In this document: positions 8,988-24,210 of the stretch, piece by piece
Position numbering within the stretch: position 1 is the first letter of the stretch
Layout of the letters: every line of letters begins with the position of its first letter
Made by a program: the position numbers and the translations under genes
From: Myxococcota bacterium
Lineage (GTDB): Bacteria > Myxococcota_A > UBA9160 > UBA4427
Assembly (NCBI GenBank): GCA_965250285.1
Contig: OZ252299.1
Span: 2,848,001 to 2,912,000, forward strand
Length of the DNA stretch: 64,000 nucleotides
Direction: 5' to 3'
Notes under the pieces: model-generated
Told to the model about the DNA's origin: nothing
The model's input: the letters and a program-made list of their open reading frames with translations, nothing else
Databases searched by the model: none

Positions 8988-9234
8988 GCCGCCCCGCGGA
9001 CGCATCGGCGGCTCGGGCGCGGGGCGGGGTGATCGATGTCGAGGGGGGCGCGGCATGTGTCTCCAGCGGCCCGACGGCCGTATCCAGGCGGAGGATTCCC
9101 CACTTCGCGCGCCGTCGCCGCGGGCCGGCGCACGGTCGACGCGGCCTTCGCGGCCCTTGGCCGCGCAGGCGCCGCGAGTGTGCGACTCTCGGGAGCCCCG
9201 CTCGGCGCGGGATGCACTCGAGGAGCACGACACC

Positions 9235-10254
9235 ATGGCGAAGGATCTCAAGCTCGGCGTTCAGATGGGCTACTGGCAGGCGCAGCCGCCCGCCGACATC
9301 ATCGGCCCGGCCAAGGAGGCCGAGAACCTCGGCTTCGACAGCATCTGGAGCGCGGAGGCCTGGGGCAGCGACGCGTTCAGTCCGCTCGCCTACATCGCGG
9401 GGCACACCTCGAAGATCCAGCTCGGCACCAGCGTCGTGCAGCTCTCGGCGCGCACGCCCGCCGCGACCGCGATGGCCGCGCTCACGATCGATCATCTCTC
9501 GAACGGCCGCATGATTCTCGGGCTCGGTGTCTCGGGACCCCAGGTGGTCGAAGGCTGGTACGGCCAGCCCTTCTCGAAGCCGCTGGCGCGCACGCGCGAG
9601 TACATCTCGATCATCCGCAAGATCCTCGCGCGCGAGGAGCCCGTGGTGAACGACGGCCCCCACTACCCGATGCCCTACAAGGGTGAGGGCAGCTGGGATC
9701 TCGGCAAGCCGCTGCGCTCGATCACACACCCCCTGCGCGCCGACATGCCGATCTACATGGGCGCCGAGGGGCCGAAGAACGTCGCGCTGTCGGCCGAGAT
9801 CGCCGACGGCTGGCTGCCGCTCTACTACTCGCCCTTCCGCAAGGACGTGTATTCGGAGAGCCTCAAGGACGCGGGCCCCGACTTCGAGATCGCGCAGATG
9901 GTCATCTGCAACGTGAACGACGATCTCGAGCAGGCGCTCATGCCGGTCAAGAGCATGCTCGGCTTCTACATCGGCGGCATGGGCGCGAAGAAGCGCAACT
10001 TCCACATGGAGCTCATGAGCCGCATGGGCTTCGAGGCCGAAGCGCACAAGATCCAGGATCTCTTCATGGACGGGAAGCGCGGCGAAGCGGTGATGGCGGT
10101 GCCCGATCAGTTCGCAGACGAGGTCTCGCTCTGTGGCCCGGTCGATCGCATCCGCGAGCGCATCGACGCGTGGCGCGAGACACCGGTCACGAGCCTGCTG
10201 GTGCCGTCGGTCGACGTGGGCGTGATGCGCACGATGGCCGAGCTGGTGCTCTAG
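9235..10254 (+). CDS. LLM class (luciferase-like) probable F420-dependent oxidoreductase
   Basis: AEAWGSDA, ARTPAATAMAALTIDHLSNGR.ILGLGVSGPQVVEGWYG, GAEGPKNV. SD AGGAG upstream. Confidence 0.9.
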   Translation: MAKDLKLGVQMGYWQAQPPADIIGPAKEAENLGFDSIWSAEAWGSDAFSPLAYIAGHTSKIQLGTSVVQLSARTPAATAMAALTIDHLSNGRMILGLGVSGPQVVEGWYGQPFSKPLARTREYISIIRKILAREEPVVNDGPHYPMPYKGEGSWDLGKPLRSITHPLRADMPIYMGAEGPKNVALSAEIADGWLPLYYSPFRKDVYSESLKDAGPDFEIAQMVICNVNDDLEQALMPVKSMLGFYIGGMGAKKRNFHMELMSRMGFEAEAHKIQDLFMDGKRGEAVMAVPDQFADEVSLCGPVDRIRERIDAWRETPVTSLLVPSVDVGVMRTMAELVL

Positions 10255-10290
10255 CGCCGAACCCCCTCCACGCACGCGCGAGGTGCCGCC

Positions 10291-11055
10291 ATGCCGATCG
10301 ACGACCTCTTCGACCTCTCCAACGACGTGGCGGTGGTGACCGGCGCGGGCCGGGGCATCGGCGAGGGCATCGCCCATGTGTTCGCCGAGGCGGGCGCGGC
10401 GGTCGTGTGCGCCGCGCGGCGCACCGAAGAGATCGAGCGCGTCGCGAAGGACATCCGCGAGGCGGGCGGTCGAGCGATCGCCGTGACCACCGACGTGACC
10501 AACGAAGCGCAGATCGAGGCGCTCGGCGACGCGGCGGTCAGCGAGTTCGGCTCGCTCGACATCTGGGTCAACAACGCCGGGGGCTCACCGGTCCAGTCGA
10601 AGCTCGTCGATCTGCCGATGGACGAATGGGAGGCCACGCTTCGCCTCAACGTGACCTCACCCTGGCTGTGTGCCCGCGCGGCCGCGAAGCGGATGGGCGA
10701 GCAAGGCGGTCGCATCCTCAACATCTCGTCGCGGGCCGGCTCCGACCCGGTACCGGGCAGCGGGCACTACTCGGCGGCGAAGGCGGCGATCAACAACCTC
10801 ACCGTCTCGCTGGCCCGCGAGCTCGGTCCGCGTATTCGCGTGAACTGCATCGAGCCGGGTGCCGTGCCGACCGAAATCATGATGCAGGCGCTCGGCCTGA
10901 AGGAAGAGAACCTGCCGAACCTCGAACGCAACCTGCGCCTGCCGGCCGGCCGGCTGGGCACGCCACGCGATCTCGGCGCCGCGGCGCTCTATCTCTGCTC
11001 GCCCGCGAGCGAGTGGGTCACGGGGGTCGTGATCCCCGTGAGCGGCGGCATGTAG
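10291..11055 (+). CDS. Short-chain dehydrogenase/reductase (SDR)
   Basis: TGAGRGIG, VNNAGG, YSAAK catalytic motif. Confidence 0.92.
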   Translation: MPIDDLFDLSNDVAVVTGAGRGIGEGIAHVFAEAGAAVVCAARRTEEIERVAKDIREAGGRAIAVTTDVTNEAQIEALGDAAVSEFGSLDIWVNNAGGSPVQSKLVDLPMDEWEATLRLNVTSPWLCARAAAKRMGEQGGRILNISSRAGSDPVPGSGHYSAAKAAINNLTVSLARELGPRIRVNCIEPGAVPTEIMMQALGLKEENLPNLERNLRLPAGRLGTPRDLGAAALYLCSPASEWVTGVVIPVSGGM

Positions 11056-11063
11056 CGCCGCGT

Positions 11064-12326
11064 TCAGGCTTCGTCGGGGACCTCGAAGCGCGCCTGGTAG
11101 TGACCGAGTGCCTCACGGCGCTCGCCGGCCTCGAGACCGAAGTCTTCGAGCCGGTAGTCGATGCGCCCCATGCGCCCACGCGTGCGATTCGCGAGATACG
11201 ACTCGAACTTCGCCTCGGCCGTCTGGCTGAACGGCTGGCCCGCCGCCGCGTAGATGCGCCGCAGCATGCCCATCTGATCGTCCATGAACTCGTGGAATCG
11301 ACAGTCGACGACCTGATCCTTCGGCACGCCGTCACGGTCGCTCACCGAGGCGTTCAGCATCAGCTCGATGCGGTCGGCCCAGTAGCGGCCGACGACGTGT
11401 GGGTCGATCGCGCCCACGCTCATGCGCAGGCCGTAGGCCCCGAGCGTCGCGAACGACGCCGTGACCCGCACGGGGTCTCGGTGGGTCTGCACGATCGTCG
11501 CGTCGGGGAACACCGCGAGCAGGGGCCCGAGCTGCTCGAGGTGCTGGGGTGACTTGAGAATCCACCGTTCGCCGCCGCGAAGCCACTGGAGCACCTTGAG
11601 CAGGCGCTTCAGGTACGCGTACGACGCCGTCTGGTCGGTCGCGCGATACCAGTCGCGATACGTCGGTACGGGATAGCTCGCCTCGAAGAGCATCGTCGAG
11701 AGATCGATGGCGAGCAGCTGCACCTCTTCGTGAATCTCGTGCGGCGCCATCTCGTGCATGAGCGGGAAGAGCGGAGCGACCCTGTGCAGAAAATCGCAGG
11801 CCTGCTGGCACGCTCTGATGCGGGGATCGTCCGGCGAGACCTCGCCGCGGGCGAGATCCGCCGGCACCGGATCCATGCTCTCCCAGTACGGCAGCGAGCG
11901 CAGCGCGGGATCCTGGGCGATCAGGTTGTGCAGATGCGTCGTGCCCGTGCGCGGCAGCCCGACGATGAAGATCGGCGCACGGATCTCTTCGCGCTCGATC
12001 TCGGGATGGACGCGGATCAGCGCTTCGACCCGCAGCCGCGATCGCAGCAGCTGCAGCAGCAGCTGGCGGGCACCGAAGCGGCCCAGCGCATGGAGCGGCA
12101 CTTCTTTCTCGAGCGCACTCGTCAAGACGCCCAGCGGCTCGAGGAAGCGCTCGTCGCCGAAGTCGTTCAGGCCGGTCTCTTTCGCGGCCGCGTCGAGCAG
12201 CCGCCCCGGCTCGAGCGAGACGAGGCCCCTCGCAAAGGGCGCACCGACCGCGTTCAGCGCCTTCATCGCGAAGGGCAAGCGGGGTCGGCGCCAGTCCTCG
12301 ATCACGTGCACGCCGGCTTCGTCCAT
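11064..12326 (-). CDS. Sulfotransferase family protein
   Basis: PIFIVGLPRTGTTHLHNL PAPS-binding loop, WILKSPQHL, QTHRDP. Start taken at MDEAGV (12326). Confidence 0.88.
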   Translation of the reverse strand: MDEAGVHVIEDWRRPRLPFAMKALNAVGAPFARGLVSLEPGRLLDAAAKETGLNDFGDERFLEPLGVLTSALEKEVPLHALGRFGARQLLLQLLRSRLRVEALIRVHPEIEREEIRAPIFIVGLPRTGTTHLHNLIAQDPALRSLPYWESMDPVPADLARGEVSPDDPRIRACQQACDFLHRVAPLFPLMHEMAPHEIHEEVQLLAIDLSTMLFEASYPVPTYRDWYRATDQTASYAYLKRLLKVLQWLRGGERWILKSPQHLEQLGPLLAVFPDATIVQTHRDPVRVTASFATLGAYGLRMSVGAIDPHVVGRYWADRIELMLNASVSDRDGVPKDQVVDCRFHEFMDDQMGMLRRIYAAAGQPFSQTAEAKFESYLANRTRGRMGRIDYRLEDFGLEAGERREALGHYQARFEVPDEA

Positions 12327-12520
12327 GACCGGAGGGCAGCCCAGGTCGGCGGCCGACGCAACCTCGACAGGCGGGGCTTCGGCATCGAGTGGGCGCCGCC
12401 GGTGCAGGAAAACGAAGAGGGGGCCGCCCCCAGGCAGCCCCCTCTCGATGCTCACAGATCCTTCACAGGTCTTTCCAGGATCTTCGTCGGTCTCGCATCC
12501 CCTCGACCGACGCGATCCCG

Positions 12521-12724
12521 TCAGACCGCGCGGACGTTCTGCGCCTCGGGCCCCTTGCGTCCCTGGGCCGCGTCGTACTCGACGGCCTGCCCATCCTGCA
12601 GATTGCGATAGCCGTCACCGACGATGTTCGAGTAGTGGACGAAGAGATCCTTGCCGCCGTCATCCGGCGTGATGAAGCCGTATCCCTTCTGCTCGTTGAA
12701 CCACTTCACATTGCCCCGTGCCAA
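12521..12724 (-). CDS. cspA: Cold-shock protein (CspA family), TTG start
   Basis: [15 protein letters not shown] (RNP1), DLFVHYS (RNP2), [16 protein letters not shown] upstream of the TTG. 67 aa. Confidence 0.95.
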   Translation of the reverse strand: MARGNVKWFNEQKGYGFITPDDGGKDLFVHYSNIVGDGYRNLQDGQAVEYDAAQGRKGPEAQNVRAV

Positions 12725-13115
12725 TTGCGTCTCCGTCTTCCCCTGGCCCCTGCTTCGCCCGGACTCGTTCTGCCTGGCGTGCTTGCCCTGGTTTCCCTTG
12801 CTGGCGTTGTGCCCCATCCGACCCGGTGGGTCACGTTGGCCGGCGAACCCGACCAGCATATGCGGAGAGAATCAACGAGTGGTGGCTTTTCTCGGCGCGT
12901 TCCGGCGTTTTCGGTCGCTAGAATCGGGTCGAATGACGCGCTCGCAGCACGCGCACAGCCTCGCCTCGCACCTCGAAGCCGCCTCGCATGAGACGAAGGT
13001 CACGGCGGAACCTCGCGATTTCGGGTCGGTTTCGGGTTCGCGCGTTCGTGCGCAACGCACGCGGCATGGGGCGATCACCGCGGCCTGCCTGAACGCGCGA
13101 GACAATGCGCGTCGC

Positions 13116-17743
<4,628 letters not shown>

Positions 17744-18182
17744 CGGCGCCCTCGGCGCCGTCGACCTTCCATCGCTCCATCGCTGTGGAGTCGGTTGCCT
17801 GGCGGGCTGGGTGGGCTCTCTCGGGCTGACCAGAAAGTGACGCCGGGGCGGCTGCGGCGGCTCGCCCCGGCGTCAGGCCCCTGGTCGCCGGACCCTGAAG
17901 GGAATGCGGCTCATAGAGACCCACCTCGACTGCGACCGTCGCCCCGGTCGCAGCCCCTCGCGCATCGAATGCTGGTGCCGGCGACGCAAGCCGACGAATC
18001 CAGCGCCGACCCCCTGCCCGAGCACCGAATCGACCGCTTCACCCCGATACGCACCAGATCGGGTCGACGAGCGTTCTCACGCTCGAGGATGCGAAACGGC
18101 CTTCGGGTCGTTGGCCCCGACGGCAGACGGGGCGCGCGGCAAGAAGCCGGGAACCGATGGCCAAATCACCCTACAAAGCACC

Positions 18183-18220
18183 GAGAAAACGCACACCCCC
18201 CATACGGGGGGGAGCGACGC
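18183..18220 (-). terminator. Intrinsic terminator (minus strand) downstream of glnS-LLM genes
   Basis: Minus strand reads GCGTCGCTCCCCCCC-GTAT-GGGGGGTGTGCG followed by TTTTCTC. Confidence 0.6.
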
Positions 18221-18314
18221 ATTCCGGTGTGCAACTCGAAATCGAGGTCGCTTGAATAAGGCGAGAACCTGAATTCGCAGACTCTGGCACGCTCGTGGCC
18301 AGTATCAGGCGGAG

Positions 18315-19274
18315 TCAGGCGCGGGGTGCGAGGTCACGGACCGCCTGGCGCAGGTCGCCCGCATGCAGAATCGCGAGCGCGGGTGTATCCACACCGGCCT
18401 CGACATAGGCCTCGATCTGCTCTCGGCAGTGCCCAGGTGCGCCGTTGATGATCAGGGCGTCGACCACGTCTTCGGGGATCGCCTCGAGGGCGCCGGCGCG
18501 GTCCCCTTCCTTCCACAGCTTCCACATCCCCGCGAGCGCGTCGCCCCGACCGAGCCACTCGTGGAACGCCGCATAGACCGGCACGTTCAGGTAGGCCGCA
18601 ACCGCACGGCGGCCGATGGCGAGCGCCGTCGCGCGGTCTTCGATGGGCAGCACGAAGATGCGTGCCGCAATCTCCTTGCCCTCGCCGCCTGCATGAACGA
18701 ACGGAACGACCTGCTTCACGTCTTCGGCCGAGAGCCAGTTCAGAATCGCGCCGTCGCCTTCGCGCCCCGCCAGCTTCAACATGCCTTCGCGCAGAGCGGC
18801 GACGAGAATCTTCGGCTGCTGCTCGAGTGCAACGCCCGAGCGAAAGCCCCGCACGGTGAACGTCTCGTACTCGTGGTCGACCTTCTCACCGGCCAGCGCG
18901 CTTCGAAGGAAGCGCACCATGTCGCGGGTGCGCTGGTAGGGCTTCTCGAACGGGATCCCGTTCCAGCGTCCGACGATGACGTCCGAGCTCGTGCCGATGC
19001 CCATGACGAAGCGGCCGGGCGCCGCATCGGCCAGGCTCGCCACCGACTGAGCCATCAGCGCCGGGCCGCGGGTGAACGCGGGAATGATCGCGACGCCGAG
19101 ACGCGCCGTCGGGGCCCACGCAGCCGCCATCGAGAGCGGCGTGAAGCCGTCGTGCCCATTCGCCTCCGACGACCAGAAGTCGGTGTAGCCGAGGTCGACC
19201 ATCTCCTCGAACCACTCGCGGTGAGCGTGCAGGGGCACCCCTGCCATCGGGATCGTCATGCCGTAGCGAGCCAT
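18315..19274 (-). CDS. LLM class probable F420-dependent oxidoreductase
   Basis: [55 protein letters not shown]. Confidence 0.88.
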   Translation of the reverse strand: MARYGMTIPMAGVPLHAHREWFEEMVDLGYTDFWSSEANGHDGFTPLSMAAAWAPTARLGVAIIPAFTRGPALMAQSVASLADAAPGRFVMGIGTSSDVIVGRWNGIPFEKPYQRTRDMVRFLRSALAGEKVDHEYETFTVRGFRSGVALEQQPKILVAALREGMLKLAGREGDGAILNWLSAEDVKQVVPFVHAGGEGKEIAARIFVLPIEDRATALAIGRRAVAAYLNVPVYAAFHEWLGRGDALAGMWKLWKEGDRAGALEAIPEDVVDALIINGAPGHCREQIEAYVEAGVDTPALAILHAGDLRQAVRDLAPRA

Positions 19275-19311
19275 TCGAGGTCTCCTGGTGAGCGGAGGCG
19301 CCGCGCGCCCC

Positions 19312-21054
19312 CTACTTCTTGGCGATCTTGGCCCAGCTGTCGCGCAGGGTCACGGTGCGGTTGAAGACGAGCGCGCCGGGCTTCGAGTCGGGGTCGAGGC
19401 AGAAGTAGCCCGTGCGCTCGAACTGGCAGCCCTGCCCCACCGCCCAGTCGGCCAGAGACGGCTCGAGCTTCGCCCCCGAGACGACCTCGAGCGAGTCGGG
19501 GTTCAGCAGATCGATGAAGGTCTGCCCCTCGGGCGGACGTGCCGGGTCTTCGACCGTGAACAGCTTGTCGTAGAGGCGCACCTCGGCGTCGGCTGCGTGC
19601 TCGGCCGAGACCCAGTGGATCGTCCCCTTCACCTTGCGACCATCGGGCGCATCGCCGCCGCGGGTCTCGGGGTCATAGGTGCAGCGCACCTCGACGACCT
19701 CGCCCGACTCGTCCTTCACGACGCCGGTGCAGGTGACGAAGTACGCGTAGCGAAGCCGCACCTCCCGCCCGGGCGCCATGCGGAAGAACTTCTTCGGCGG
19801 GTCTTCGAGAAAGTCATCGCGCTCGATCCAGAGCTCGCGGCCGAAGGGCACCGCGCGTTTTCCCGCCGACTCGTCCTCGGGGTTGTTCACCGCGTCGAGC
19901 GTCTCGCTCTCGCCCTCGGGATAGTTCTCGACCACCAGCTTGAGCGGCCGCAGCACCGCCATGCGGCGCTCGGCGTGCTTGTTGAGATCCTGTCGAATCT
20001 CGGCTTCGAGCCGCGCCATCTCGATGGTCGCGTCGCTCTTCGTGACCCCGATGCCTTCGCAGAACGATCGGAGCGCCGCCGCCGTGTAACCCCGCCGCCT
20101 GAGCCCCCGCAGCGTCGGCAGACGCGGGTCGTCCCAGCCCGTCACGTGCCCGCCCTCGACGAGCTGCTTCAGCAGGCGCTTGCTCATCACCGTATAGGTG
20201 AGCCCGAGTCGAGCGAACTCGATCTGGCGCGGGCGCGCCGGCGTCTCGACGTGATCGAGCAGCCAGTCGTAGAGCGGGCGGTGATCCTGAAACTCGAGCG
20301 TGCACAGCGAGTGCGTGATGCCTTCGATGGCGTCCGAGTAGCCGTGGGCCATGTCGTACATCGGGTACACGTGGTAGTCGTCGCCCGTGCGGTGATGCGG
20401 CGTGTTCACGATCCGGTAGAGGATCGGGTCTCGGAACACGAGGACCGCCGACGCCATGTCGATCTTGGCGCGCAGCACCTTCTCGCCCTCGGCGAACTCG
20501 CCCTTCGTCATTCGACCGAAGAGCTCGAGGTTCTCTTCGACACTCCGGTCGCGGTAGGGGCTCGGCGTACCGGGCTGGGTGAGCGAGCCCTGGTTCGCTC
20601 GAATCTCGTCGGCGTTCTGATCGTCGACGAACGCGAGCCCCTTCTCGATCAGCTCGACCGCCCAGGCGTGCAGCTGGTCGAAGTAGTCGGACGTGAACTT
20701 GAGATCGCCCTGCCACGAGAAACCGAGCCAGCGGACGTCTTCCTGAATGCCCTCGACGAACTCGTTCGACTCGGCCGCCGGGTTCGTGTCGTCGAAGCGC
20801 AGATTGCACGTCGCGCCCGGATACTCGCTTGCGATGCCGAAGTTCAGGCAGATCGACTTCGCATGACCGATGTGCAGATAGCCGTTCGGCTCGGGCGGGA
20901 AGCGCACGGCGACTCGGTCGTGCTTCGCGCTCGCGAGGTCTTCGTCGATGATCGTCCGGATGAAGTCCTTGCCGCGCGCGGGCCCTTCGCCCTCGCCGGC
21001 GTCGTTCTGCTGCGCAGCGGCCTGCTTCGCCTTGTCGTCTTGGCGGTTCGACAC
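19312..21054 (-). CDS. glnS: Glutamine--tRNA ligase
   Basis: [23 protein letters not shown] (HIGH), [42 protein letters not shown]. Confidence 0.98.
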   Translation of the reverse strand: MSNRQDDKAKQAAAQQNDAGEGEGPARGKDFIRTIIDEDLASAKHDRVAVRFPPEPNGYLHIGHAKSICLNFGIASEYPGATCNLRFDDTNPAAESNEFVEGIQEDVRWLGFSWQGDLKFTSDYFDQLHAWAVELIEKGLAFVDDQNADEIRANQGSLTQPGTPSPYRDRSVEENLELFGRMTKGEFAEGEKVLRAKIDMASAVLVFRDPILYRIVNTPHHRTGDDYHVYPMYDMAHGYSDAIEGITHSLCTLEFQDHRPLYDWLLDHVETPARPRQIEFARLGLTYTVMSKRLLKQLVEGGHVTGWDDPRLPTLRGLRRRGYTAAALRSFCEGIGVTKSDATIEMARLEAEIRQDLNKHAERRMAVLRPLKLVVENYPEGESETLDAVNNPEDESAGKRAVPFGRELWIERDDFLEDPPKKFFRMAPGREVRLRYAYFVTCTGVVKDESGEVVEVRCTYDPETRGGDAPDGRKVKGTIHWVSAEHAADAEVRLYDKLFTVEDPARPPEGQTFIDLLNPDSLEVVSGAKLEPSLADWAVGQGCQFERTGYFCLDPDSKPGALVFNRTVTLRDSWAKIAKK

Positions 21055-21110
21055 GGGATCCTTCGTCAGCCGGCGCGTGGTCCGGCGGGGGCGCGAGGTT
21101 CGGGGCTTCT

Positions 21111-22079
21111 TCAGGGGCGCAGCAGCACCCTACCAAATGCGGCGCGAGACTCGATGTAGGCATGGGCCTCGGCCGCTTCGGCGAGCGCATACTCACGGTC
21201 GATCACGATCTCGAGGTCGCCGCGCGCGACCGCGGCGAGATGCCGCTCGATCATCGGGTGCACACGGTCGGGCGCGAAGAAGAGCTCGGCACCGAGGAAC
21301 ACGCCGACAAGCGTCTTGTTCGCCGGCCGGAGCCCGGCGACCCGAGGCGGATCGACGTCGCGGCCGGCGTCGCCGACGGTCACGATGCGGCCCCGGTAGG
21401 CCGCGCACTCGATGCTGCGCTCGAGGGTGCGGCCGCCGACGCTGTCGACGACGAGATCGGGCCCGCGGCCGCCGGTGGCTGCTCGGGCCGCCGCCACGAA
21501 GTCGTCCTTCACGTAGTCGATGCCGTGGTCGAGCCCGAACGCCTTCAGCCGATCGAGCTTCTCGGCCGACGAAGCCGTGGCCAACACGGTGGCGCCGGCC
21601 TGCTTCGCCAGCTGGATGGCCGCCATGCCGAGCGCGCCCGCGCCGGCCTGCACGAGCACCGTCTCGCCGGCCTGCAGTCGTCCGAACTCGAACAGGCAGT
21701 CGTCAGCCGTGCCCACCGGGATCGGAACGGCCGCAGCCTTCTCGATCGCAAGGCCGCCGGGCAGCAGCCAGGTCGCGCCGGCCGGCACGGCCCGGCGCGC
21801 GGCGTGCGACCCGTGCACGTCGATGCACACGACGCGATCGCCGACCTCGCGGTCGTCGACCTCGGCGCCGACCTCACGGATCGTCCCGGCGCTCTGGTAG
21901 CCGACGATGTGCGGCCGCGCAGGCATCTCGCCGCCGCGGCGATTCAGCGTGTCGCCTCCCTCGATCGAGATGACCTCGACGTCGATCACGACGCCGTTCG
22001 GGGCACACACTGGATCGGGGACGTCCTCGTAGCGGAAGACGTCGGGATCCCCGGTTTCGTAGTAGACGGCGGCCTTCAT
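21111..22079 (-). CDS. NADPH:quinone oxidoreductase-like (MDR, zeta-crystallin family)
   Basis: [59 protein letters not shown]. Confidence 0.88.
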   Translation of the reverse strand: MKAAVYYETGDPDVFRYEDVPDPVCAPNGVVIDVEVISIEGGDTLNRRGGEMPARPHIVGYQSAGTIREVGAEVDDREVGDRVVCIDVHGSHAARRAVPAGATWLLPGGLAIEKAAAVPIPVGTADDCLFEFGRLQAGETVLVQAGAGALGMAAIQLAKQAGATVLATASSAEKLDRLKAFGLDHGIDYVKDDFVAAARAATGGRGPDLVVDSVGGRTLERSIECAAYRGRIVTVGDAGRDVDPPRVAGLRPANKTLVGVFLGAELFFAPDRVHPMIERHLAAVARGDLEIVIDREYALAEAAEAHAYIESRAAFGRVLLRP

Positions 22080-22237
22080 GCCCCCACGATATCGCAGGCG
22101 GCGAGGCCGAGACGACGCACCGGCCGAGCGTCGGACGAACCGGGACCCAGACGAAAGAACGCCCGCCGGGTTGCGACGGGCGGTCGAATGAGCTGCCGCC
22201 GGGCCACCCACAGGCGGGGCGGCCCGGCGGCGCTGGA

Positions 22238-22786
22238 TCAGCTGGCGTTGCGGTGACCTTCGCCGCCCTCGAACGCGTCGAGCAGCAGCCCGAGCGCGCG
22301 GGCGATCGTCGACCGCTCTTCGTCGTCGAGGTGCGCGAGCAGTCCCCCGTAGAGGGACAGGCCGACCTCGAAGATGCGCTCGGCCTTGCGGCGCCCGCGC
22401 TCGGTCAGCGTCACGAGCACACCTCGACCGTCGTTCGGGTCGGGCGAGCGAACGATCATGCCGTCCGACTCGAGCCGGTCCACCGTCTTCGTGATGCCGC
22501 CCGACGAGAGGCCGACCCACTCGTTGAGCTTCGACGGCGACATCGAATACGGCGCGCCGGCCATCACGAGCGCGTGCAGAGCCGCATACTCGGAGTAGTT
22601 CGTCCGCAGCGTGCGCAGGTCGTTCTGGTAGTTCTCCTGCACCTGCCGGGAGAGCCGGGCGAGAGTCATCATGATGGTCGCGACATCGAGGTCGGCGTCG
22701 CCCATCTCGTCACGGTACCGCTCGGGCACGGCCTGACGGCCGGTCTGCGGCACCACCTTCATGGGAGTACGGAGGGGAGCTGTCAT
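22238..22786 (-). CDS. MarR family transcriptional regulator
   Basis: SPSKL...LSSGGITKTVDRLE..G.I.RSPDPNDGRGVLVTLT..G winged-helix motif. Start uncertain. Confidence 0.9.
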   Translation of the reverse strand: MTAPLRTPMKVVPQTGRQAVPERYRDEMGDADLDVATIMMTLARLSRQVQENYQNDLRTLRTNYSEYAALHALVMAGAPYSMSPSKLNEWVGLSSGGITKTVDRLESDGMIVRSPDPNDGRGVLVTLTERGRRKAERIFEVGLSLYGGLLAHLDDEERSTIARALGLLLDAFEGGEGHRNAS

Positions 22787-22844
22787 GCGGAGCACCTTAG
22801 CGAGGACGGCTGCGATTGTCTTCTCAGGAAGGTAAATTTTCAGA

Positions 22845-22862
22845 GCAACTGCAGGAAGTTGC
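22845..22862. promoter_or_regulatory. Palindrome GCAACT-N6-AGTTGC, candidate MarR operator
   Basis: Perfect 6-bp inverted repeat in the AT-richer region just upstream of the marR start. Confidence 0.35.
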
Positions 22863-22972
22863 GGGAATCAGTCTGCCAGATTGCGCGCCCTCGGGGCGAC
22901 GCGCGGTTGGCGCGGCGCCTCAGCGGCGCGCGCAGGCGCGCACCGCACCGGCCCCGGCCGCGCATTCGCGGC

Positions 22973-23941
22973 TCAGCTGCCCTCCGAGAAGAACTGGGCG
23001 TACCACTTTCGGTACTGCGTGACCGGCCCATCGCCGTCGCAGAGTCGCGGTCGACGCCAGCACGCCTTGTTCTCCCAGATCGTCCGGTCGTTCTCGAACT
23101 GGTGGACGAGGTCGGCCACGATCTTCGTGGCGAGCTTCTCCTTGCGCGGGTCGCCCTCGGTCTTGACCGAGTAGGCGAACGACACGTCGGTGTAGTCCTC
23201 GTCGATCGGCGTGGCGGTGTTCATGAGCAGCGAGTCGATGACGCCGCCCTGGGTCACGTGCTGAAAGCCCGGCCCGTGCTCCATCGTCGTGAGCTCGCCT
23301 TCGGCGGTCGCGTCACCGGGCGCCTTCTGCGTGAAACGCGACGTGACCTTGAACGTGTGGCGATCTTCGACGACCTCGGCGGTCGGGATCGTCAGAACGC
23401 CATGAACGTACTTGAAGTGCGCTGCATCGACGCAGTTCTCATTCATGTCGAGCCAGCGCGCGCGCATGTGCCAATGGTGCACTTCGAGCGGACGCCAGTC
23501 GGCGTCGTCCACGCCTTCGAGCGCCGGGATCTCGTACGTCGGCGCGGCGTCGTCGGCGTGGTACCAGACGAAGACGATCCCATTGCGCTCGAGCACGGGC
23601 CAGCTCTTGATCTCGGCGTTCGGCGGGATGCGCTTCGCGTAGGGAATCTCGGTGCAGCGTCCGCTCGCGTCGAGCTTCCACGCGTGGAACGGGCAGCGGA
23701 TCGCGCGACCTTCGACGCGGCCGCCGTAGCCGAGGTGCGCACCGAGGTGCGGGCAGTAGGCGTCGAAGACGTGGGCTTCGCCCGCCTCGTCGCGCCAGGC
23801 GACGAGGTCTCGGCCGAAGTACGAGAGCGGCTGGACCTCGCCGGGGGCGAGATCCGCCGAGTACACGACGCGGAACCAGCCGTTCGGATAGGCGGGGAAG
23901 GGATAGCGGTCGCCGTCGGGGCTGCCGTCCGTCGAGATCAT
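22973..23941 (-). CDS. Rieske non-heme iron oxygenase, KshA-like (3-ketosteroid 9-alpha-hydroxylase family)
   Basis: YPNGWF, DAYCPHLGAHLG, CPFHAW Rieske ligands, ENCVDAAHFKYVH iron motif, D..IWENK...P.LCDGDGPV..YRKWYAQFF. Confidence 0.88.
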   Translation of the reverse strand: MISTDGSPDGDRYPFPAYPNGWFRVVYSADLAPGEVQPLSYFGRDLVAWRDEAGEAHVFDAYCPHLGAHLGYGGRVEGRAIRCPFHAWKLDASGRCTEIPYAKRIPPNAEIKSWPVLERNGIVFVWYHADDAAPTYEIPALEGVDDADWRPLEVHHWHMRARWLDMNENCVDAAHFKYVHGVLTIPTAEVVEDRHTFKVTSRFTQKAPGDATAEGELTTMEHGPGFQHVTQGGVIDSLLMNTATPIDEDYTDVSFAYSVKTEGDPRKEKLATKIVADLVHQFENDRTIWENKACWRRPRLCDGDGPVTQYRKWYAQFFSEGS

Positions 23942-24210
23942 CGACGCGTCTCCTCGGCCCAGCGCGGGGCGCCCCCGAATTCAGCCCTATATCTGACGGG
24001 GCGTCAAGTGTAGAGCGTGGAACCGTTTTTCGAGGGTTTCGGCTATGGTCGAGGCGCACGCCGCCCCCGTTCGACCGCTCGGCCGGTGCGTCTGCGTCCC
24101 CGCTGCCGACCCCCGGCCCGTCCCGCGGCCGGGCCTCTCTTCGGCATGCTGCGCGGGGCCGCCGCCGCGAGGCCGCGCGCAGCATCCAAGCCCCGGAGGT
24201 TCCGCCCCCG

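Noticed and set aside
17800..17930. 6S RNA, hammerhead ribozyme or IscB omega-RNA identity for the structured element
   Set aside because: Only superficial motifs (CCCACC, CTGACCAG). No 6S central-bubble pattern, no CUGAnGA/GAAA core, and no adjacent IscB/TnpB gene.
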